Source: the human T2T-CHM13v2.0 reference genome, Homo sapiens. From it: DNA of 64,000 nt. Below the pieces are notes generated by a model, which did no database searches, was not told where the DNA came from, and saw only the letters and a program-made list of their open reading frames with translations. The DNA lies in NCBI RefSeq assembly GCF_009914755.1, contig NC_060927.1. One strand, written 5' to 3'. A program made the position numbers and the translations under genes. Shown here piece by piece: positions 1-13,435 of this stretch; position 1 is the first letter of the stretch; each line of letters starts with the position of its first letter.

Positions 1-123
1 AGGGGAAGTCTCTGCCACTTGTTGATCTCTAAAGATTTTTGTTGATCTTTAAAGAGTTTTAATTAAGAATACTGATTATACCAGGGAGCCATATTTTGGA
101 ATAAAATAGTTTTATTTCCTTCA
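1..123 (-). mobile_element. 5' end of an ERV1 MER4-group LTR (MER34/MER39-like), cut by the window edge
   Basis: Reverse complement starts TGAAGGAAATAAAACTATTTTATTCCAAAATATGG, typical of this LTR group. Confidence 0.4.
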
Positions 124-1624
124 AAGTTAAGCTCTCTTTTCTTTCAAAAGCTTCTTCTAATTTCTCTAGTCCTCATTAATCTCTCTTTGAATTCCTACAA
201 GCTCTTTCCAGAATTTAGTAATTATTTATATATATTTTCAGGGCAAATAGAACAATACTTAGAAAAACGTGATTAATCCAAATTTATCATTTTCTAGCTG
301 TGTAAATTTGTTCAGAGTTTCTGGACTTAGTCTCCTTACCTTTAAAGTTGAGGAGTTACATAATTTCTGATGCTTGGTAAAATCTTAGCAAAGTATTATA
401 CAAAAAAATGTATAATAATAGATATGGTGTAACTTGCTACTGCTACAGAATCTTTTAAAAATTTCCTTTGTGAGGGATTCTCCAGTGACTTGTCAGAAAA
501 TGCTAAAAGCCTGGAGAGAAATAGTAAATAGTATTTTGTATCAGTGATAAGAGGTATAGAAATAGTGCTCTTTTTCTAGTTTTTCTCTTAAGGAAGGAAA
601 TGAACCTATTTGTATGTGAAAATCAGCCTTTTAGTAATGTGGTAATACAATGATTTTTTAAAGTTTGAATCAAATTATAGGAGTAATGAAAAAAAATGAA
701 ATTATTGGTAAGACATCTACCAAGAAAATATAGCAGATTTTAGTCTGTATAGTTACTTAAAATTAATGTTTATAAGCCAAAATATTTCCTTGTTTGCTTA
801 TTATTCTTATTTCTTTTTTATATGCATTTACCATGTTAAATTTTGGTTTATTTATTTTTCTCTGACAGGCTATTTAAAAAAAAAAAACCAACACAGGTCT
901 TATAACATAAAGACAAAAATATTTCTTCTAGATACTTTAAGCTCTACACATAAACTTATGATTCATTTTGAGTTAACTTTGTGTAAGAAAATTGAACAAT
1001 GTGTTGTTCATGAATGTTTAATTTTTTTAGCACCATTTATTGAAAAAACCATGCATGTTCTCACTGAATTGCCTGTGTACCTTTGTTGAAAATCTATTGA
1101 CCATATATGTGTGGATTTCTAATCAGTTATAATAATTATGCTTATTCTGATAGTACTCTCTTGATCACTGAAGCTTTATATTATAAGTATTGAATTCAAG
1201 TAGAGTGAATCCTTTAACTTTGTTCTTTTTTTCAAAATTGTTTTTGCTCTTCTAGATCCTTTGAATTTCTAAATTATTTTTAGAGTAGTCATTATCTACA
1301 GATAGGCATGCTATGATTTTGACTGGGATTGCACTGAACCTATAGATCAATTTTTGGAGACCTAACGTCTTAACGGTACTGAGTCTTCTGATCAATGAAC
1401 ATCATTGTTAATCTCAGTAACAAACAGAGAGAAAGACTGTCCAAAAGAAAATGATATTTATTTGGGAATAGCCATTGCAATGGGAATATGTATGCCATAA
1501 TAAACTATGTCTATATTAAGAAAGGTAAAGGAAGACAAAGGTTTTAAAGGAAAAGTGAGAAGGATTACACAATTATTTTGACATAATTATTCTCGGCTAC
1601 AAGGGTGGTTTCAGTCCAAGGTTG

Positions 1625-2311
1625 TGAAACCACCATTGCAAGATTGTAACTGAGACAGTGAAAGAGATCTGACCTAACTAACTCCATCTTGCTTCTAGCC
1701 TCCAAGCTGTCCTAGTTCATTCCTGGGTGTGGGCTGAACTGACTTTGGGAGGAACTTAGTTTACGGTTTGAAACAAAAATGATAACAGCCCTTTCCCAAG
1801 GCAAACCTCCTTCTTGCCTGGGGACTAGACTGACTTTGTAGGAATAACGGATTTGCCACAAGATTAGAAATTATGGTTTAGGAGTCATGCAGCTGGATGC
1901 TACAAGATTCTGATCCTCCCTAAGCTGCTGCTAAGATCAGTGCTTCAGATATTTTGCAGACCCTGCACTTGATGGATCAGCTGGCACCACCCAGATCAAT
2001 AAACTGGCTCATCTGATCTTGTGGCCCACCCCCACCCAGAAACTGCCTCAGCCAAGAAGGCAGCTTCAACTCCCTATGATTTCATCTCTGACTTGAACAA
2101 TCAGTACTCTCGGCTCACTGGCTTCCTTCCACCCACCAAGTTGTCCTTAAAAACTCTGATCCCCAGTCATACTGATTTGAGTAATAATAAAACTCCGGTC
2201 TCCCAAAGAGCTGGCTCTGCGTGAATTACTCTTTCTCTATTGCAATTCCCCTGTCTCGAGACATCGGCTCTGTCTAGGTGGTGGGCAAGGTGAACCCACT
2301 GGGTGGTTACA
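1625..2311 (+). mobile_element. LTR8 (HUERS-P1-type) solo LTR
   Basis: Starts TGAAACCACCATTGCAAGATTGTAACTGAGACAGTGAAAGAGATC and ends GGCAAGGTGAACCCACTGGGTGGTTACA. Flanks GTTG/GTGG form an imperfect 4-bp TSD. Confidence 0.85.
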
Positions 2312-2496
2312 GTGGGACAAGCAGTTGCTGGATACATGTCCTGATGAAGTATTTGTGGGTATAAGATTGTGATGGTCTTTGTGCAAGGTTGTGGTTTTTG
2401 AAATCTTTTGTGATAATATGATAGTTGTTATTAGGCATTTCTGCATAAGGACCTTCCCTTTGTGACCTTCTCCGGCTCTGTTTTACAGGGTTTTAA

Positions 2497-2781
<285 letters not shown>

Positions 2782-2981
2782 TGATGTAGTTAGGTCTTTT
2801 TAATTAGTCTCAATAAATTTGTGTAGTTGTAAGCATAAATATATATATTGAATTATTTTGTTAAACTTATTCTTAAGTATTTCATATGCTTTGATGCAAT
2901 TGTAAACAGTATTAAAATACCTAATTATTAATTACTAGTAAATAGAAAAATTGATTTTGTATATTCTACCTTTTAAAACTC

Positions 2982-3299
2982 TTTTTTTTGTTTGTTTTTT
3001 GTTTGTTTGTTTGTTTTGAGACAGGATTTTACTCTGTCACCCAGGCGGACTCGAGTGCAGTGGTGTGATCACAGTTCTCTGCAGCCTCTACCTCACAGGC
3101 TCAAGTGATCATCCCATTTCAGCCTCCTGAGTAGCTTGGACTACAGATGTGCACCACCATGGTTAGCTATTTTTATTTTTTGTAGTGACAGGGCTTTGAC
3201 ATGTTGCCGAGGCTGGTCCCAAACCTCTGGGCTCAAGCAATCCACTTGACTCAGCCTCCCAAAGTGCTGGTGTTACAGGTGTGAGCCACTGTGCCAGTC
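2982..3299 (-). mobile_element. AluJ
   Basis: Diverged full-length antisense Alu with a (TTTG)n tail. Confidence 0.9.
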
Positions 3300-3887
3300 T
3301 ATTCTGTCTTTTATTCTGTATTCTTGCAAAACTTACTTGTCAGTTCTAGTAGGTTTTTCATACATTCCTTTTGCATTTCTACATAGATAATCACTCTGAG
3401 AATAAAGTTTTGTTTCTTTATTTTTAATCTACATGCTTTTATTGGTCATTTTTCTTTATTCATTGCATTGGATAGAATGTCCAGTTCAATGTTGGATAGA
3501 AGTGATGAGCAAGAACTTATCTCAAAAAAAATTTTTTTTAAGTGTGCCCACACAGAAAACTTACAGTGACCAGTAGCATCAGCAGGGCTTCCAGTTGCTG
3601 CCTGGTGTGGAGTAAGGGGATGGTTTGGTATTTCAGGTTGCAGCCCAGTCTTGGATATACGGGAGATAAAATGAAAACCTCATAAAGAGAAATACAGCAA
3701 GATCTAGGAATAACTGTTTTACACTATGTAATGCTATTGTTTTTAGGTAAATTATAATGCCTGCAAAGTTTTAGAATTATTGTGAACAATATGTTAATAC
3801 TCTATATTGTGTCATATAATATTTGTGATATAGATTATTATTTTAAGATGAGTAGATTCCGTGTTACTGGCCTCATGTTTAAAGCCT

Positions 3888-4184
3888 TTTTTTTTTTTTT
3901 TTTTGAGATGGAGTCTCACTCTGTTGCCCAGGCTGAAGTGCAGTGGCACGATCTTGGCTCACTGCAACCTCTGCCTCCTAGATTCAAGCAATTCTCATGC
4001 CTCAGCCTCCTGAGTAGCTAGGATTATAGGCGTGCACCACCACACCCAGCTAACTTTTGTATTTTTAGAAGAGATGGGGTTTTGCCATGTTGGCCAGGCT
4101 GGTCTCGAACTCCTGACCTCAGGTGATCTGCCCACCTCGGCCTCCCAAAATGCTGGGATTACAGGTGTGAGACCGCGCCTGGCC
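3888..4184 (-). mobile_element. AluS (Sx/Sz-like)
   Basis: Antisense Alu flanked by the TSD TGTTTAAAGCCTTT. Confidence 0.92.
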
Positions 4185-4361
4185 TTGTTTAAAGCCTTTC
4201 TATGTGAAGGCATTGACTGCAGTTTAATTAAATAATAATTATGTCCATTACAGGTTTTTTTTCCTGTGGCACTGTATTTTTCTTATAGGACAAAAGAAGT
4301 ATAAGTAGAGAGAAAACCATTTCAATATAAAGTACAACCTTAACATATAGAACATGTGTCG

Positions 4362-4665
4362 TTTTTGTTTTTATTTTTTTGAGACAGTGTTTTACTTTGT
4401 TGCACATGCTGGAGTCCAGTGGCACAATCACACCTTACTGCAGCCTTGATCCTCCTAGGCTCAAGTTATCTTCCTGCCTCAGCCTCCTGAATAGCTGGGA
4501 CTACAGGTGCACATCACCATACCTAGCTAATTTCTTTTTATTTTTAGTAGAGACAAGGTCTTGCTATGTTGCCCAGGCTGGTCTTGAACTCCTTGCCTCA
4601 AGTAAACCTCAGGCCTCGGCCTCCCAAAGTATTGGGATTACAGATGTGAACCACTGTGCCAGGCC
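4362..4665 (-). mobile_element. AluJ
   Basis: Antisense Alu flanked by the direct repeat GAACATGTGT. Confidence 0.88.
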
Positions 4666-5244
4666 GGAACATGTGTTCTAAAAAACTAATTTACAATCAT
4701 TGTATGTACCTTTCGGTAAAAATATTAGTCATTAATAGGGCCAACTGTTGGCATCTTATTTAGCATCTGACTAGAATAAAATGGCCTTCATCACGTCCCT
4801 CTGTTCAGAGTCTTGAACAATCTCTGAGCCCATCTAGATCCTGAGATTTGAGCGTTTCTGATTCTTCAAGTTTATGGGTGTTTGTGGAATCAGTGGTGAT
4901 TGAAGGGTCCCTAGACACATGTGGGAAAATCTTCAGCATCAACAGAGTTAAGAGGGTATTAGGAGCTTTGATGTGTCCCATAAAAACGATGGGGAGATCC
5001 TGGAAGGGAAATGGTCTCAACCCTGGGGAGAAAGCACATCAAGTCTAGGAGGGTAAGAGAGAAAAGAAACTTTTTATCTGAGGAATCTGAGCCTCCTTTA
5101 CTTATAAGGCCCAGAGATACATTGAAATGTGACGCATGTGACAACAGTCATGTATCACTCTCCCCTTGGGCTAATTAACTCTCGATGCCACTTGTTATAT
5201 GGGTTCTAGACTGACGTCAGTTAGCCATAAAATGCCATACACTG

Positions 5245-5533
<289 letters not shown>

Positions 5534-6166
5534 CTAGATGCCATAACACATACACCCTACTTCAACAATGTGTAGTCAACCACTAATCAATGTTACTTTT
5601 GCAAACCAGTAAGAATTCCTGTCAGACAACTTTGTATCAGACTACTGTTTGTCCCCTTTTGCCTTTAAAAACCTGATTTTAACAAAAGCCACACAAAGCA
5701 CTCCCCAAGGCAACTTGGAATTGCTTCCTGCACAGCTGTCCCTAATCTTGGCTCAAAGAAACTCCCTATATTAATCTTGCCTCAGTTTCTTTCTTTAGGT
5801 CAGTATTTCCAGTGCTGTGAGCAGGATTCAGACTGACTCCTCCCGAGCCATCTAACACTCCTCCCAGACCTGGTACTTGGCCAGCTCTGAACCCCTTGTT
5901 GTCTTCTGTCTCCAAGAGAATTACTGAATGTAAGCAGTGAGACCTGCTGAAATCCAGACCTTTTCCACCCTTTGGATGAAGGTCTTAAATTTATTTGGGC
6001 TATTCTTTGCAAACCTCCTTTTCAGAATGGGGATTCCATTTTGGCCTAGAGGGTAAGATATTTGAATTTCAGGGGAAAAAAAGAAAAACTGCCTTTCTCT
6101 GCCTCTGCCATGCAGCACGAAAGTTTGGGTCAAGATATTGGCAGTCTAGCATCAATGGTTTGTTTT

Positions 6167-6192
6167 GTGTGTGTGTGTGTGTGTGTGTGTGT
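6167..6192. repeat. (TG)n microsatellite
   Basis: Read directly. Confidence 0.95.
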
Positions 6193-6767
6193 ATGCATGT
6201 GTTGCCTAAAATTACATAGCATGTTTTTAAAATTTCAGCTGCTTTCTATTGTTTATAATTTGAACATTAAAAAATATTGTGACCAATTCCTGTTAGTTTT
6301 AAACTGAAAAGTGCATGAAAGCAAGTTCTCTTGCCCAGAAGATAAGAGATTTGAAAATATTAGTTTTTTAGAGAGCTCTTTAACCCCCAGAAAGGCCAGT
6401 AAATGCCCAAACGGCCTGCAGGCTTTTCTTGGTCTCTTGGAGATATAAATCTTTATTTTATTTTTCAAATTTATTTATTTATTAATTTCTTTATTTAATT
6501 TATTTTTAATTTTTCTCCCTCTCTATCATCTTGTAGTACCATGTCTTTAAAATGTTAACATCCAGAGAATTAACTAAGCAGCATTCTAGCTGAGATCAGA
6601 TTTGAAATAGAGTTAAAATTCTTTAAAACTACCACAAAATTCCTTTCCTCACTGGATACCTTTAGGTAGGAAACAAACATTTATAAGAAATGAATTTGAA
6701 TTATTAAACTAATTTGTTTGTATGACTCTTTATCTTTTGGGGGGTACCCATTTGTAATCTTTTCTAC

Positions 6768-7020
6768 TGAAGGAAACCAAATTATTCCTCTCTAAAGTAA
6801 TGAGGATTGGTAATCTGAAGACAATTAAAAAGGAGGGGAACTCTCTCTGCCTTTCCTCTGTTTGCCTAAAGGCAGGACATAAATTATTCTTTATTGGTGA
6901 TAGCTACTTATCAACCCATGAACCCTGCTGGTGATGCCAGCAGGGCCAGGGAATCTGGAAGCAAACTATACTCCTCCCATAAATTTACTCTCCCACATTT
7001 TTCCACCTTTTGGCATTACC
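6768..7020 (+). mobile_element. MER34/MER39-like LTR fragment within the ERV internal region
   Basis: Starts TGAAGGAAACCAAA and includes 'tgcctaaaggcaggacataaatt', resembling MER4-group LTR 5' ends. Confidence 0.4.
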
Positions 7021-7130
7021 TCCATGGGCAGCTTTTGTTTTCCTGTTTTACCAATTGTCTTATTAAATCTGCTGTCAGGACTTTGTGTGTAGATGAACAG
7101 CTGAGAACCTGAGACCTTAGAGAATATGGC

Positions 7131-10064
7131 CAGCTAGCTAGACTAATGAAGAAAAGAGAAGATCCAAACGAACATGATTAGAAATAACGAAGAGGATATT
7201 ACCACTAACCCTATGGAAATAAAAATAATGATCAGAAACTACTATGAATACCTCTATACATACAAACTAGAAAACCTAGAAAAGATAAATAAATTCCTGG
7301 ACACATACACCCTCCCAAGACTGAACCAGGAGAAATTGATTCCCTGAACCATCCAATAATGAGCTCTGAATTTGAATCAGTAATAAACAGCTTACCAATA
7401 ACAACAACAAAAAAGCCCATGACCACATGGATTCATAGCCATATTCTACCAGAGGTATACAAAAGAGCTGATACCATTCCTACAGAAGGAATTTCAAAAA
7501 TTGAGGAGGAGGGACTCCTCCCTAACTCATTCTATGAGGCCAGCATCATCCTGATACCAAAACCTGGCAGAGATACAACAAAAGAAAGAAAACTTCAGGC
7601 CAATATCCTTGATCAACATTGATGCAAAAATTCTCAACAAAACACTTGCAAACCAAATCTAGCAGCACATCAAAAAGCTAATCCACCATGATCAAGAAGC
7701 CTTCATCCCTGGAATGCAAGGTTAGTTCACATATGCAAATCAATAATTGTCATTCATCATATAAATAGAAATAAAGACAAAAACCAGATGATTATCTCAA
7801 TAGAACCGGAAAAGGCTTTTGATAAAACCCAAAATGTTAAAATAATTCATGTTATAATTCCATCTTAAAAACTCTCAATTAACTAGGTATTGAAGGAAAA
7901 CACCTCAAAATAATAAGAGCCATCTATGTCAAACCCCCAGCCAACATCATACTAAATGGGCAAAAGCTGAAAGCATTGCCCTTTTAGACTGGCACAAGAC
8001 AAGGATGCCCTCTCTCACCATTCCTGTTCAACGTAGTATTGGAAGCCATGGCTACAACAATAAGGCAAGAGAAAAAAATAAAGGGCATCCAAATAGGAAG
8101 AGAGGAAATCAAACTATCCCTGTTGGCAGATGACATGATTCTGTATCTAGATAACCCAAAAGCTCGGCCCAAAAGCTCCTTCAGCTGACAACTTCAGCAA
8201 AGTTTCAGGATACAAAATCAATGTACAAAAATCACTAGCATTCCTATACAACAACAACAGTCAAGCTGAGAACCAAATAAGGAATGCAATCTCATTCACA
8301 ATGGCCACAAAAAGGATAAAATACCTAGGAATACAGCTAATCAAGGAGATGAAATATCTCTACAATGAGAATAACAAAACACTGCTCAAATAAATCAGAG
8401 ATGATACAAACAAATGAAAAACATTCCATGCTCATGGATAGAAAGAATCAAATTGTTAAAAGGCCATTCTGCCCAAAGCAATTTAGAGATTCAGTGCTAT
8501 TCCTATCAAACTACCAATGACATTCTTCATAACACTAGAAAAAAACTATTTTAAAATTCATATGAAATCAAAAAATAGCCCAAATAGCCAAGGCAATCCT
8601 AAGCAAAAAGAACAAAGCTGGAAGCATCACATTACCTAACTTCAAACTATACTACATGGCTACATGATGCAAATCAGCATGATATTGTTACAAAAATGAA
8701 CACATAGACCATGGAACAGAATGCAGAGCCCAGAAATAAGGCCATATACCTACAACTATCTGATCTTCAACAAAGTCAGCAAAAACAAGCAATGGGGAAA
8801 TGACTCCTTATTCAATAAATGGTGCTGGGATAACTGACTAGCCAAATGCAGAAGATAGAAACTGAACCCCTTTCTTATACTATACATAAAAATCAATTCA
8901 CGGTGGACTACAGACTTAAATATAATACCCCAAACTATAAAAACCCTGGAAGACAACCTAGGCAATACCATTTTGGACATAGGAACAGGCAAAGATTTCA
9001 CGACAAAGATGCCAAAAGCAATGTCAACAAAAGCAAAAATTGACAAATGGGATCTAATTAAACTTAAGAGCTTCTGCACAGCAAGAGAAATGACTATCAA
9101 CAGAATAAACAGACAACCTACAGAATGGGAGAAAATATTTGCAAACTATTCATCAGACAAAGGTCCAATATCCAGCATGTATAAGGAACTTAAACAAATT
9201 TACAAGAAAAAAATAACAAACAACCCCATTAAAAAGTGGGCAAAGTACATGAACAGACACTTTTCAAAAGAAGACATACATGTGGCCAACAAGCATATGA
9301 AAAATAGCTCAGTATCACTGATTATTATAGAAATGCAAATCAAAACCATAATGAGACACCATCTCACACCAGTCAGAATGGTTATTATTGAAAAGTAAAA
9401 AATAACATGCTGGTGAGGTTGTGGAGAAAAGGGAATGCTTATACACTGTTGGAGGGAATGTAAATTAGTTCAACCATTGTAGAAAGCAGTGTGGTGGTTT
9501 CTCAAAGCGCTAAAAACAGAACTACCATTTGACCCAACAATACCATTACTGAGTATGTTCCCAAAGGAATATAAATCAATCTACCATAAAGACACGTGCA
9601 CACGTATGTTCACTGCAGCACTATTCACAATAGCAAAGACATGGAATCAACCTAAATGCCCGTCAATGGCAGATTGGATAAAGAAAATGTGGTACATATA
9701 CATCATGGAATACTATGCAGCAATAAAAAACCCAAGTTCATGTCTTTTGCAGGACCATGGATGGAGCTGGAGGCTATTATCCTTAGCAAACTGAACAGAA
9801 AACCAAATATCACATGTTCTCACTTATAAGTAGGAGCTAAATAATGAGAACTCATTGCCACAAAATGGGGAACAACACACACTGGGGCCTACTTGAGGGT
9901 GGAGGGTGGGAGGAGGGAGAGGATCAGAAAAAATGTGTACTAGGCTTAGTATCTGAGTGATGAAATACTCTGTACCACAGAACCCCATGACACAAATTTA
10001 CCTATATAAAAAACCTGCACATGCACCCTGTACCAAAAATAAATGTTAAAACAACAACAAAATG
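7131..10064 (+). mobile_element. 5'-truncated L1PA (older, L1PA13-16-like): degenerate ORF2 plus 3' UTR
   Basis: ORF2 peptide fragments ([19 protein letters not shown]; [17 protein letters not shown]). 3' UTR 'aaccccatgacacaaatttacctata'. TSD AGAGAATATGG at 7119-7129 and 10065-10075. Confidence 0.92.
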
Positions 10065-10226
10065 AGAGAATATGGTGGGTCAGATATGGGAAGTACACCA
10101 TTTGTGGCTACTGAAACTTTCCTTTTTTGGAGCTGTCCTGGGGGTGGTTCTGGATCTTCTGAGGACTGAGTTACACCTCTTTAGAGACACCTCATGTGCC
10201 CTTGGTTAACTCATAACATTTTGTGG

Positions 10227-10239
10227 TGTTACTATATAT

Positions 10240-10285
<46 letters not shown>

Positions 10286-10298
10286 ATATATAGTAACA
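10227..10298. repeat. Perfect 72-bp palindrome centred on (AT)20
   Basis: TGTTACTATATATGTG-(AT)20-CACATATATAGTAACA. Confidence 0.95.
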
Positions 10299-10334
10299 TT
10301 ATATATACAATATATATAAAACTCATAACATTTT

Positions 10335-11362
<1,028 letters not shown>

Positions 11363-12732
11363 ACTTGGTTAAGGCTTACTGATTTTAGTGAATCACTTGG
11401 AAAGTTACTTTTGGTTTAATAGAGGGGGAAAACAGTACAAAAGCAGGAATATTGGCTATTTGTCCTGGCTAAAATAATCTGATGAGAGATTTTGGAAAGA
11501 TATTTTTTAAGAGCTCCACAGTTAAAGGCTAACTTAATTAAAAGATATGTAGAATATGTATGTACACACACACACACACATATTTGAGGCCTCTGTTCTC
11601 ATTCTCTCTATAAAACCTTCTCAAAAGACTGAATTTCTTTCTTCTTAATCTCTTGCTAACTATATGCATACCTTCAGTCTGCCTCTCTTTTGCTGACATG
11701 ATTTTTGCCAAAAATAATGTAAAACTTCATTGGCTTTTTGGAAAGCTTAAATTCTTCCTCTGTGTTTTGAAATGTAAATTTGCTACCTTGCCCTCTAAAA
11801 CTTGGTAAAGGCTTCAGTCATGTGAGACACATAAACCTTAACTTGTTCTGTTTACAAAGGCATAGTTTGAATACAGCTGTCCTTTTAAACTAATGAGTTT
11901 TACTTTTCTCATGGCTAAAATTTAAAAATCAAAGCTATAAAACCTTTTTATTTTATGTATACATGTGTACAGGTCTATGTTTGCATATTGTCTTCATGGT
12001 ACTAGTCTGAGGGACCCAGAGGCAGACAACAGCGGAAGCTTGGGGCACAGTGTAGGTGAGCATGACTAATTCCTGCTGATTAGGCTCTCCCACTTTGTGG
12101 TTGGAGGTCACACTCATATGCATGGCATAGATGAGGTCTAGGGAACTCAAAGGTTAATGACAGTGGGAGGCTTTGGCACTATGTAGGAGAGTGAATATTC
12201 CTGCCAGCTATGCCTTCCCGCTTCGTGAGTGAAGGTTGCATTTTCACCCATGGTCAGCATCTGCAATGGTTTATTACCAGTATGGTACTAAATTGACTTA
12301 TAAATAAATAAGCACTCATAAATTAATATGCCCAAATGCTTTTCAGGTTCACGTGAGTTGAATAACTCTTTTGGTAAATACGGTTGCTATTAAACTAAAG
12401 TAGTTTAGTATTGTTATTTTAATAAAACAACTACGTCCTCTGAGTTATCCAGAAAATATACATATTTAACTTCAAAGTTCTCGCTTTTTTCATACTTGCC
12501 TAACAAACAGTAACATAAAAATGGCAAATAGGAAATTTAACTTGAGATAATGGCTGTATTTGTCTAACATGAAAATTTCCAAACAACTGTCAAGAATGAA
12601 TAAAAGTTATAAATTAACTTTTAACAATAATTATGTTTTATAATACGTTTGCTTAAAATGGTTTTTCAAATATTTTTAATAACTATACCCTCAGAATTTT
12701 GCTAAGCTATATTAAATGATGAATATTTGTTG

Positions 12733-13435
12733 TTTTAGCAGTGGTGAATCTGTACAGGTCTGCAGCAACTCGATTTTTGCCTTCTCAGAAGGAAGAGTTC
12801 AGCCAAGGAGCATAAGGCAGGGTGAGAGACAGACAAGTTTTAGAGCAAGAGTGAAAGTTTATTAAAAACTTTTAGAGCAGGAACAAAAGGAAGTAAAGTA
12901 CACTTGGAAAAGGGCCAAGCAGGAGACTAGCGAGATCCAAGTGCTCTGTCCAACCTTCAACTTGGGGTTTTATACATTGGCAAGATTCTGGGCTTTGCAT
13001 TTCTTCTCCCTGATTCTTCTCTTGAGATGGGCTGTCCACATGTGCAGTGGCCTGCTAGCACTTAGGAGGAGCTGCATGTGCAGTACGTTTACTGAAGTTG
13101 TGTGCATGCTCATCTAAGGCATTTTTCCCTTACTAGTTGAGTATTCCCAAAGGAGGGTTAGACACCAGTTAAACTCCATCATTTTACCTCTTAATGTGCA
13201 TGCATACGCCCACTTGCCCAACTCCTGAGATTTTACCAGGAAGCTGGTAATCACCAGCTTCAGGTGCTTTCTATCTATTGGGAGACTGCCTTTCCCTAGT
13301 ACCAACTTGACCAATTATTTTAGAGAGACAGTTTAACAACCACCTGACCATCACATGATGGTCTCTTGCCATTCCTGGCATGATGGGTGGGCTCTCCTGC
13401 CCTGCTCATGTCTGCCTAAGCTACCTACTCTAACA
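12733..13435 (-). mobile_element. MER50 solo LTR
   Basis: Reverse complement begins TGTTAGAGTAGGTAGCTTAGGCAGACATGAGCAGGGCAGGAGAG. 4-bp TSD GTTG at 12729-12732 and 13436-13439. Confidence 0.8.
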
